Shown here piece after piece: positions 50,124-60,900 of a stretch of DNA of 64,000 bases. The stretch is from assembly GCA_965178125.1 (NCBI GenBank), contig OZ237764.1:434001-498000 (forward strand), written 5' to 3'. This stretch comes from Bilabrum cf. latius (Eukaryota). The position numbers and the translations under genes were made by a program. The notes beneath the pieces were generated by a model, which saw only the letters and a program-made list of their open reading frames with translations, made no database searches and had not been told where the DNA came from. Position 1 is the first letter of the stretch; every line of letters begins with the position of its first letter.

Positions 50124-53100
50124 ATGGTGAGTTGGACGCCAAATAATTGGCGTAAATCCGGGGTTTTTGGTGCCTTGCAAGCATCGATCCACGTTGTTTT
50201 GGATAACAGGCACGTTTGCTCTGCCGATGGCGGCCGGGGCAGATAGCTGCAGGCTTATGCTTTTCACACACCTCCTTTGTAACGGTTCAAGAGGCGCACG
50301 GGCCTATGGTCGCCATTCGGACAGCATTCAATTGTGGGCACGTCAAGCGAACGCCTGTCAATGCTGTTGCTCGTTTTAGGCGACCTATTGATTAATGCCA
50401 GACCAAGTTGCTCGTGCTGTATCTGGCTCTGTATGTGTTCGCAGTCTCTCGATCTAAAGATGAATCAGGAGATGCACTTGACCACGGACCGTGTGAAGAG
50501 CTGCGACTTCCATCCGACTGAGCCTTGGGTGCTGCTGGGCCTGTACACGGGCCATGCTGTGATTTATAATTTCGAGACAAAGAAAGAAATCAAGCGATTC
50601 GAAGCTACGGATGCCCCCGTCCGATGCGCCCGATTCATCGCGCGGCAGCAGTGGATCGTCGTTGCGAGCGATGACCTCTTCATCCGAGCGTACAACTACA
50701 ACACGCAGGAGAGAGTTGCCATGTTCGAAGCCCACCAGGATTTCATCCGATATTTGGAACCGCACCCTACCTTGCCGTTCCTGATTTCCACCTCGGACGA
50801 CATGACGGCCAAGCTGTGGGACTTTTCCAAGCGGTGGAAGCAGGTGCGGGTCTTCGAGGGGCACGGCCACTACGTCATGATGGCCAGGGTCAACCCGAAG
50901 GATTCAAACACATTTGCGACCGCCTCTTTGGACGGTACCATCAAGGTGTGGTCCCTGAATGCCGACGAGGCCAACTACACACTGTCGGGGCACGAGAGCG
51001 GCGTGAACGCTCTGGATTTCTACCCCGGGGGCGACAAGCCCTACCTCATCTCTGGCTCGGACGACCAGACCGTCAAGATCTGGGACTACCAGACTCGAAG
51101 CCAGGTCACCACAATCTCGGGGCACTCTCAGAACGTGACTGCCGTGCGGTTCCACCCAAGGCTGCCTGTGTTCATCTCCGGCTCCGAGGACGGCAACGTC
51201 AGGATCTGCCACTCGGCCACTTACAAGGTGGTGCACCAGATCGACTACTCGATGGACAGGTGCTGGACCGTGGATGCCGCGATGGGGAGCAACAAGGTTG
51301 CGATCGGTTACGACACCGGGTTCGTGGTGATTAAGCTGGGGTCGGAGATGCCCGTGACGAGCTTGGACCAGAGAACGGGCAAGCTGGTGCTCGCGCAAGG
51401 GAACACGATCCAGGTCGGCACATTGAGGCAGCCGGGTGCCGGTGCTGCCGCGGGGGGTGCCGCAAGCGGTGCTGGTGGCGAAGACGACGACGATGCGGCC
51501 GTGGAAGACGGCACCAAGGTCAACCTGAACCTCAGGGAGCTAGGAAGCGTGGAGGCATACCCCAACCACCTGAACCATAACTCGAACGGGACGTTCCTCG
51601 CCGTAGTGGGCGACAAGGAGTACGTGATCTACACTGCGTCTCGTCTCAGATCCAAGAGCTTTGGGCAGTGCCGGGGGTTTGCATGGTCCAGCAAGGCCTC
51701 GACGGATTTCTGCGTGCTGGAGGGGAGGGGCGTGCAGGTGTTCCGAAACTTCGAGAAGGGCAGGGTGATCGCTGTGCCGGCGGGAACCGACCGCGTCTTT
51801 GGAGGCGCGCTGGTGGGCGCGGCTTCGCCATCGGGCGTGCAGCTGTACGACTGGGAGGCAGACATGTTCGTGCATCAGTTTGAGGTGGCTGACATCAGGG
51901 GTGTGCATTGGTCGGACGACGGGCAGCACATGGCCATCACCACAGGGCAGGGCACTTTCATCCTTAAGTATGACAGCGACGCTGTGGTCGCGGCGCAGCA
52001 TCTCACCGGTGTAGAGGCCGAGGAGGTGAAGCAGAACGGAGTGGAATCTGCGTTCGAGCTTGTCACTGAGCTCCCGAACAAAGCCTCCACCGCTTCCTGG
52101 GTGGGAGAATGCTTCCTGTTTGTGGACGACGATGGGAAGCTGTCCTACTACATCGGAGGGCAGGTGGTGACCGTGTCCCACCTCAAGAGCTAGCAGTTCC
52201 TACTGGGGTATTACCCGCAGGAAAGCAAGTGCTACGTCATGGACAGGGACGGGGGCGTGTTTGCCTACAGCCTGTCTCTGGATTTCGTCAACTACCAGAC
52301 GGCGGTGATGAAGAAGGACTTTGTCGCGGCCAACTCGATCCTGCCTCGAGTGCCCCGAAGGCTGCACACCGAGCTGGCCAAGTTTCTGGACAGCCAGGGC
52401 TACAAGGAGGAGGCCCTCGGTGTGACGAGGGACCTGGACCACAAGTTCGACCTGGCGGTGCAGCTGGGCAGGCTGGACGAGGCCCTGGACATCGCCAGGA
52501 GCATGCAGGCGGAGAGCGACGAGACAGAGGTGCAGGCGAGGTGGAAGCAGCTCACCGACCTCGCGTTGTCAAAGAGCGACCTCCAGCTGGCCGAGAGGTG
52601 TGCCCTGGCAGGGGAGGACTACGCGTGTGCCCTGATGATATACACCTCTACTGGGTCCCGGCTGGGTCTGCTGCAGCTGGCAGGGATGGCGAGGAGGGCG
52701 GGCCGCATCAACGTCGCGTTCATGTGCCTCTTCCTTCTCCAGCGCACCGAGGACTGCGTGCAGCTGCTGCTGGACGCGGGGAGGATTCCGGAGGCCGCTT
52801 TCTTCGCGCGGTCTTACGCCCCTTCCATGGTGTCTGACACAGTAGCTGCTTGGAAGGGCATGCTGACTGGCACGGCGGACAGAGCTGCCCAGGCCCTTGC
52901 TGACCCAGCCGAGTACCCCAACTTGTTCGAGGACTTTGAGACGTCCACGAGGGCAGAGGGCGTCTTTGTTGCCAACAGGGACCGGGGCATGCCCACGGCC
53001 GCCGACTATGCCACGGCTGCGTCGCAGCTGGACCTGGATTTGATCGAGCTGGTCAAGCAGGCGTAGGCGGCTGGGCAGCTGGGCGCGCTGTCTGCCGGTG

Positions 53101-53801
53101 CTGCTGGTGGTGCTGCAAGTGCTGATGGGGCGGTGGAGGGAGCTCAAGGCGGAGCGGCAGGCCCCGACGATGGGCCGCAGGAGGACGATGGTGTGACGAG
53201 TGAGGATGCTACTCCGCAGTCCCCTTCCGGCGGGGGACAACAGGCGGCATCAATTCAGGAGGATGACAAGGAGGCGACAGAAGCCGAGCCTGCCCCGTCC
53301 TCCCCTGCCCCTGCCCCTGCCCCTGCCCCTGCCCCGGCAGCCGTTCCTGTCGCATCACCGGCCCCGGCCCCGGCTCAGGAGCCAGCACCGGCCTCACCGT
53401 CGCAGCCCTCGGGATCCGGTTCCGCAATCGCCGCGGCGCCGCTTTCCCCGTCCTCCGCGCAGCCCCCTGTTCCGCCGGTGACGGCCGTTCCTGGCAGTCC
53501 GCCCGCCTCACCCGGCGCGGGGCAGCCTTCCATGCATCCTTCCAACGGGTCGCCGCAGGGAGGGGCAGGAGCCTCGTCTGCGAGCACGCCCGCAAAGTCG
53601 CCTCCCGGGCCATCGGCGGGCGCCGGATCCGGAGCCGCTGCCACCCCCGAGGAGGTCGCTGATGGTGAGGGCGATGCGGCGCCGGGTAGCGATAGCGGCG
53701 GGGCGGCGGCACCAGGGGAATCCACCGCGGATTAGACAGCTGCTGAGATTGAAAAGGAGCTGGCCGAGGCTGGTTTGGGGCTCGATGACGACTGGGAGTG
53801 A
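50124..53801 (+). CDS. COPB2: Coatomer subunit beta-prime (Sec27); probable ATG-only first coding exon, intron 50127..50444
   Basis: DRVKSCDFHPTEPW, FEAHQDFIR, FEGHGHYVM, NPKDSNTFATASLD, GGDKPYLISGSDD, RIPEAAFFARSY, LADPAEYPNLF. TAGs at 52191, 53064, 53733. Acidic tail LDDDWE-TGA 53799-53801. Confidence 0.96.
50127..50444 (+). other. Probable spliceosomal intron (318 nt)
   Basis: ATG|GTGAGT...GTTCGCAG|TCT gives M-SLDLK. The acceptor is well supported; the donor choice is less certain. Confidence 0.6.
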
Positions 53802-54002
53802 GCGAGCCAGCGAGCGAGCTCACTTGGTTTGTGGCTCGGTGGCTTCGTTTTGAGGTTGGTGTTCGTAGTGAAGAATTAAAAAAAAGCTTGAGTTTTTGTC
53901 AAGAGCAAAATATTATCTTATGTTGATTCTAGCTACTGCGCTTTTCCGGATTTGGCTCCGACCCAAACCACCGAGGGCACGCTAAACATTGTAGTTGGTG
54001 GC

Positions 54003-55172
54003 ATGGCTTCAGTGGCTGAACCAACCGATGATGCCGGTATAGTTGAAAAAGGGAAGCATGGCTCCGAGAGCGATTTGCGGCTTCCCGACGAGCTGGCAGC
54101 GACCTACGCAGATAGGATCGACGGGTGGTCCAGAGACGCCATCAAGCAATCTCCGCTGTTAATTAAGAGTAGGGTGACTGGGCACAAAATTCATCACGAC
54201 GGGTACGTATAGTTTGTTATTGATACGGTAATTCCTGGCCGAAAGGAGCCGATCGTATCGCTGCGGCGCTTCTCTGAGTTTGAGGCATTTCGAGATTCAT
54301 TAAAGGAGGGCATTCCGAAGGAACGGGCCAGTGGTATTGCACGATGGCTGCCCAGCATGTTAGGTGGGAAATAGTCCGAGGTCAAGTCGACCACGGATGG
54401 TGCTCACAGCCCCGGGCACGCGGTGCTCGCTGCCAACGAGCAGCTACTCGTGTCTCTGGGGTACCGGCCGGATGCACCTTCGCGAGTTCGTCGGGTAGCT
54501 GCGTCCAGGGAGGAGCCTAGCAATCCATTTAAGGTCCCAACAACTGTTGCTGACCGCCCAAGCCGATGGATGATCAGGGATTTGCCTCCGAAGACCTGGA
54601 CCTCGAGTACAGATTCTGCCTTTCTCAAAGAAAGAGCATCGTTGCTGTCGCAGTGGATCAAAGAGGTCGCTGGAATCCCGTTCCTTGTGCATTTTCCTGC
54701 ATGTAGGGACTTTCTTGGTTTGAACGAAGCTTGCATCGCACAAGCAGAGAAGACCGCCGCCCAGCGAGCATCCGGCGCCGGAGCAGCCGCCTCGTCCTCC
54801 GATTCCTCGCCGTAGGCGGGGGAAGATGGCGCGGCACAGTCAGATGACGATCGGCACATCCACCTGCCCGCGAGCCCTGCCACGGCAGCTGACGCCTCCC
54901 CGGGAATGTCGAGTGCAGGCAGCTCGGATGCCAGCAGGGCAGGCAGCGCGTCCGGCACGGCGTCAGGCATGTCTTCTTCCGGATTTGGAGCGTAGGGCAC
55001 TGCCGATGAGGCAGCAGCTGATCCGGCAGCGGGTGCTGCAGGTGCAAGCCCCGCGGCCGAGGGTGAGGCAGTGCCAGTGGGCACTGCCAGTGGAGAGGAA
55101 GCAGCAGCGGGGCAAGGCGAAGAGCCACAGGGGGCGGAGGCTGGCACGCAAAGCGACGACGAGCAGGTTTGA
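54003..55172 (+). CDS. PX-domain protein
   Basis: GYV[TAG]FVID..SLRRFSEFEAFRDSL..LPPKTW..FLKERASLLSQWIKEV..CRDFLGL. TAGs at 54210, about 54372, 54813 and about 54993. Ends TGA 55170-55172. Confidence 0.82.
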
Positions 55173-55782
55173 GAGGTTGCGGGGGACAAGGCAGGAGTTA
55201 AATGCCTTCTGAATGTGTAGGAAGGCGAACCAGGCATGTGTGTGCACTGGTCGGTTGTTTATGGCGCGCGCAAACCTTTTTGCTTTGTTTTGGTATGGAT
55301 TGCCAGGCGTGTCTGAGTATCGATTCGATTCGAGTCGCTGCATGCACAGGCCACGGCTCAGTCGGCCGCGACCTGTCCACGCACAGTGCAAGGCAACACA
55401 CACAAACACACACACACGACCACGCGCCCCCGCAGCTGTTTCGCTGCAGAGCCGCGCCTCGCGTCCTCCGGCATTGCGCCCCTCGCTCTACACGCCCCGA
55501 CCTCGATCCTAACAACCTCCTCCTCCTTCTCGCCCTCCTGCACGACTGCCCCTACAAGCACAACTTCACCAACGCGACAGAGACACACGATGCATCGCCA
55601 CATCCCTGCCTTTGCCGCGGCACGCCCGCAGCTGCCAGGTGCTCGCACACCGGCAGGCTGCTCCGAGCCCGCGGCCCCCTACGGCACGCACCGCCTCAAG
55701 CAGTGCGCGCCCGCCACACCGTCCTGCACCAACCCTCCAAATGACAAATGACGCGACTGCCTATCCTATGACATCAGGCAGC

Positions 55783-56787
55783 TTACTTGCGGGCGGCGGA
55801 CTGCTTCCTGGAGCTGCGCCTAGACTCGCGGCGGGCCTTGGCGCGGGCCTCCATGAGCGCCTTGTACTGGGCGGCAGCCTCCTTGCTCCTGGCGAGCGCG
55901 TCAATCTTGGCCTTCTTGATCTCGGCCTTGTGCTGCACGCGACGGGGGGTCACGAGGCGCTGCACGTGGGTCTTCTTGGTCTTCTCCACGCCCTTGGCGT
56001 TGGTGTACTTGTAGGGCACCACAAACTCCCTGGGGTCCTGCTCCTTGGTCAGGCCGAACATCTTGCGGATGTTGTTGGCGCGCTTGGGGCCGAGGCGGCG
56101 GGGGCGCTCGCTCTCCTTGTCGGACAGGCCGGGCACGGGCTCGTCGCCCACCTTGGTGACGACCATGGCGAGGGCGGCGATATCGCGGCTCACAATGCAG
56201 CCACGCACGGACTTGCGGCGGCGCTCGCCCTTCTTGCGGGCGCGGAAATACACCTGTCCGGGGTTAAGAAGCAGGCGCACGCGGCGCGCGGACAGAACAC
56301 CCTGCATCATGGGGAAGCCCTGCTTGTCGAAGCCGCCAGTGATCCTGAACTTGTATCCCTTGAACTGCTCGCCAAGGCCATCGCCGTCCACCTCCTGGGA
56401 GATACGCTTGTCGTACACGACAGCACTGCGATTACAAAGAACGGGGGAAGCCGGAGTGAATATCAGGTGCAATCAGCGAACGAACGGCAGCAAGCGCAAT
56501 GGCGCAGCAACTGCCCTCTGCAGCCGCGCGCAAACCACCAATGCAACAACCGCGCGATCTCACAGCTTCTTCTCATCGTTGATGTCGAAAGGAGCCTGGG
56601 CACCCGTCTCCGGGTTGGCAATGTTCAGCTGCGATACGAAAGGCAAGCACAGGCAAGGTCGTTGATGATGGTTGGCATCCAAGAAAAGGTGCCATGCTTG
56701 CAATATCACCTAGTTTTGGATGGTTTCAGATGCAAGAACATATAAATGATTTGAATCTGGCCTAATGCCAATGAATCTTACCTTCAT
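55783..56787 (-). CDS. RPS6: 40S ribosomal protein eS6; exons 56787-56782, 56628-56564, 56425-55783
   Basis: MK|LNIANPETGAQ..DEKKL|AVVYDKRISQEV..GGFDKQGFPMMQGV..RKSVRGCIV..PRRLGPKRANNIRK..QRLVTP. Introns GTAAGA..TATCGCAG and GTGAGA..AATCGCAG. Ends TAA. Confidence 0.98.
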
Positions 56788-56930
56788 GCTTGCTGATCCC
56801 CCTGGTAACGTGGTTGGTGGGGCTTCTGGTTCGCTGAGATCGGATCGAAGTAGGGAGATATTATGAGAAAACCGTTTTTATTTAGAATCCGAGTCCAACG
56901 GAATCCAATCAAAACTTGCCGGATACAGCG

Positions 56931-57930
56931 ATGTCTTCTTTGTAGCTGACTCTTAAGTCGGCCGCATAGGGTGGATCAATAGGAATACACCGCGGTGGGG
57001 GCGCTCAACTTCCTGGCGAACCTGCACATGACTATGCGCACCGCAGGTTTGTGCAAGGGTGCGCTTCTTTATTGTCCAAACTCGCTCCCAGCGTGGCTTC
57101 TAGTGCCTCTGTCTCCGGATTGGCATCTTTGCTCCCTGATGAAAGTGCTGAGATTGAGCTGGGCCGGCGAGCGGCCGAATCAGTTGATGCGCTGTGGGGC
57201 TCATGCATCCGAAACGGTGGAGACAGACTTTTTCTGCCGATAATTGAAGTGAGGTATTATCACTTGGAATAATATATCGCATGGTAGGTCATAGCGTGCT
57301 TTTATTTGCGATACGATCGCGCGTACATGGTCAAGCAGCTGCGCCTGCATACCCAGCCGTTGCAAGTCACCGCCCCTTTTGAGTGGCTCGCTGGGCTGCT
57401 GCGGATCGCTTCGTATTGACCCCTGACTTTTGCGAGCAATATTCGATCCATGTTTTGCCCCTATACCGCAGTTGGGACGAGCATTGAGCGAGCAGTGCGG
57501 GTTGCACCAGACGGCCAGACGCTCCTGCTTTGACCGAGCAGCGCTGCAGCCGGAGCAGTTGCGCGAGCTGGCCGCCGCGGGGCCGGGCCCCAGGCACGGA
57601 GCCAGGCTTGCATTGCATTGCGCTGCCGTTGCAGCCGATGCCCGCGCCGCTCTCAGGGTGCATCGCACTGCAGACCCCTCGCTGCAGCGGGCGAGCGCGA
57701 GGACGGAGCTGGCAGGGTGCCTGCGCAGCTGCTCGAGGGCCGCGTGGCTGCTCGCTTCCGCTGGGGGGGAGCCAAGGGACAGCGGCGCCTGGGCCGTCAG
57801 GGAGGTTGCAACCGCCGGAGCGCTGCTCGCGGGAGCCCTTTGCGATTCCGAGTCGTGGCCGGCAAGCGCCACCCACGGCCCCGGGCTGTGGGCGGCCGAG
57901 GCGGCCGCCGCGTCCGCGACCGCTGCCGCT

Positions 57931-57965
<35 letters not shown>

Positions 57966-60900
57966 AGGCGCCCCGATGGACGACTCGGAATCAAAAGCCA
58001 GCGGGGCGGAGGGGGAGGGCGGAGGCTCTGGGGAGGATGCTCCGATCGGTGAGGCATCGAGCGGGGCGCTGCTCCGAGCGGTCGGCGGGGGCGCACCGGT
58101 GCCCCGGTGGCGGGACACGCTGGTCGCAACCGCCCCCGCGCTGTCCCTGCTCCTGCTCGCCGCCCGCGCCTGCCCCCCGCTGCGAGCTCCCAGGCACTGG
58201 CCATGGAGGGCGCGGCTCGCGGCCCAGCTGGCGCGGATGCAGGCGCTGGGGGGTTGGAGGGAAGCGGCGCTGGCGGTGCTGGACGAGGCCTCTTGTTCCC
58301 TGGGTTGTTCCCTGAAAGAGGTGGAGCAGGTGCCCCCCGTCGCTTCGGGGGTCCGCTGGGCCCTTGGGCATGCCTCCGCCACCGTGCAGGTGGCGCGCTT
58401 CGCTGTGGAGGCCGGTGGATTCGGAGCCGGAAAGGAGGCCGCGCTGCGGAAACTGGTGCATGCCGGTGGCGAAGAAGGCGAAGGAGGAGGAACAGGGAGC
58501 GAGGACGGCGCGACGCCCGAGGTTCCGCAGCCGCCGCGCGGCGCCGATCTCTCGATGCCGGCGGTCCGAGCCACCAGAGACGCCCTCGCACAAGCACCGG
58601 CCAGGTTCGGAAACCGGCCGCAGCTGCTGCTCATGGCGATGCTGTCCGCGATGCCGCCATGCGCGGCTCCGCTCGGCTCGGCTGGTGGCGGACACGGCGC
58701 CGGTTCGGAGCTCTTTGCGGTCAGTGGCGGCGCTTCTGCGGAACCAGCTGTGGAGGCCGACTCGGAGAACGCGCGGCGCCTATCTGCCCGTTTGCTGCTC
58801 CGCGCTTGCTGCGCCGTGGTGGTGCCCCGCATGGCCCCAGAGACCGCCCGTCTGGCCTGCGCCGCCATCGCGGCCGTGGGCGGGATGGGCGGCGCCCCCC
58901 TCGGTATGACCGTTGGGAGGGGGGGCAGGGAGTCCAGGGAACAGCGGAAGAACAGGGTGGATCGGCAGCGCAGAGCAGCGGCGGAGGCCGCGTGCCCGGA
59001 CCTGGCCAAGGTGGCATCGAGGAGCCGCTGCCCGCCCAGCGGCACCACCTCGGAAGAAGCGACCGACGGACGGTGGTGGCAGGCGCAGCGGCGGAGAGCC
59101 ATCGAGGCGATCGAGGGGGCCGCGGGCATCCGAAAGAAAGAGGGACTGTCAGGGGGGGAGGCGGGTGGAAGCGCGGGCGACTCGGAGTCGAAATCCTCCG
59201 AAGGGGCTGGCGAGAGTCGCCAGCAGCTGGTGGATCGGATCTTCCGGGCGCTGCCCCTCGACCCCCCGGGGCTAGAGGAGGAGTGCCCGTGCGCCAGCGA
59301 CCGGATCTTGCTCCGATCACCCGGAATCGCAATTGAGATGGCTCGGCGGCGCGCCGCCTTGGCCCCGCTGCTGTGGCGCCGCGCAGCGGAAGCGGAACAG
59401 CGGTCCGTCCGCACCCGACGCGCCGCTGCGGCCAGCCGCGCGGAGCACCGCATGAACGAGGCCGAATCGCGAGCGAACGTTCTCAGGGAACAAGCAGAGG
59501 AGGCCAAGCGCAAGGCCAAGGCCTAGGAAGAAGCGGAGGAGGCGGCTGCTGCCGCCGCCGGCGCAAAAGGCAAGAGCAAGGGCAAGGCGAAGCCCAAGAA
59601 GGGCGCCAAGGGCAAGGGCAAGGGTAAAGGGGGAAACGATCCGGAGCCGGGCGAGGAGGAGCTGGCCCAGGCAGAGCGGGTCATGACGGAGGCCCGTGAG
59701 GCGAACGAAGCCGCTGCGAGAGCCCTGGAGCAGGACCTGAAGGAGAGCAAGGCCAGGGTGCAGGCGATGCGAAGGAGGGCGAAGTCAGCTGCCGTGGAGG
59801 CTTCCTCCGATGACAGCGGGGGGGTGGCCGAATTCGAGGCCACCAAGGCGGGAAGGGACGTTCCGCTTCCGCTCATGGTGACCCTCGTGCGGAACCTGTG
59901 GCAGTGGGGCGACCGCTCGAATGCGCGGCGCCTCCTGCCAGTGGCGCTGGCGCGAGTCACGGCGGCCCGCGCCGCACTCGCGCGCCAAGCTGTCAAGGAG
60001 GCGAACTCAACGGAACTATCGGCCCCGGGCTCGAAACTGCCCCACGCGGTGCGGCTGGCCGGCACGGTGTACGGAGAGGCGGGCGAGGCCGGGGCGGCGG
60101 GTCACCACCCCGGGTCACCACACGCCGGCGATGGTGACCCGGCCGCGCTGGCAGCCGCTTCCGTCCTGCAGATGCACACCCGCGGAACCGGCGCCGCGGC
60201 CGCCGGCATCACCCCGTCGTCTGCGGACGTGGTGCCCGGCGTGCCCGGCGCCGGTGCTCCGGGCGTGGTGCAGGCGGCCACAGGTGCGCTGGCAGCCACG
60301 GGGCGGGCGGACCTGGGCCACGACCCGACGGGTGACGCGTCCAGGCCGGGCAGTCGCGCCGTTGGAATGACGTCAGGCGCGGCGGGTCACGATGCGCCCC
60401 TGACCCAGGCCCGCCTTCCCGCGCCCTCCGCCATCCTGCCCCCGGCCACTGCCGAGAGAGACGCTGCCGAAGCCCTCGGGCGGATGGCTGCCGAGCTGGT
60501 GCTGCTTCGGAGGCTGCTGGCCCTGGAGACCGCGCTGGCAGAGACTCGAGCCAGGAGGGGCGGGACCGCGGCAGCAGAGGGAGGTCATGCGGGGAACAGC
60601 GGGAGGGCAGCGTCAGGCGCGGGCGGGTCGAATACCAGCCCCGGGACAAAGGGGTAGGGGGAGGGGGAAGGCGGTAAAGAGAAGGAGGATCAGAATCAAC
60701 CTCGAAAGGGCTGGCTGGACGAAGACCCCACGCAGCTGCTGCCCCGCCACGGCTTGCTCCTCTGTCCACCGGTGGATTTTGCGAGGGAGGGACAGGCCGC
60801 CACGGACGCGGGCGCCAGGCACCCGCCTGACGTGGTGCCTGTGGCACGGGTGCGGGCGCTGGCTGCGGCAGCGTGCGCGGCTGCCAAGCACGGCGCCGGG

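Noticed and set aside
57201-59519. Long antisense ORFs (772 aa here; also 10391..11446, 5893..7248, 55612..56745)
   Set aside because: They are GC-rich shadow frames opposite recognisable genes and have no motifs of their own.
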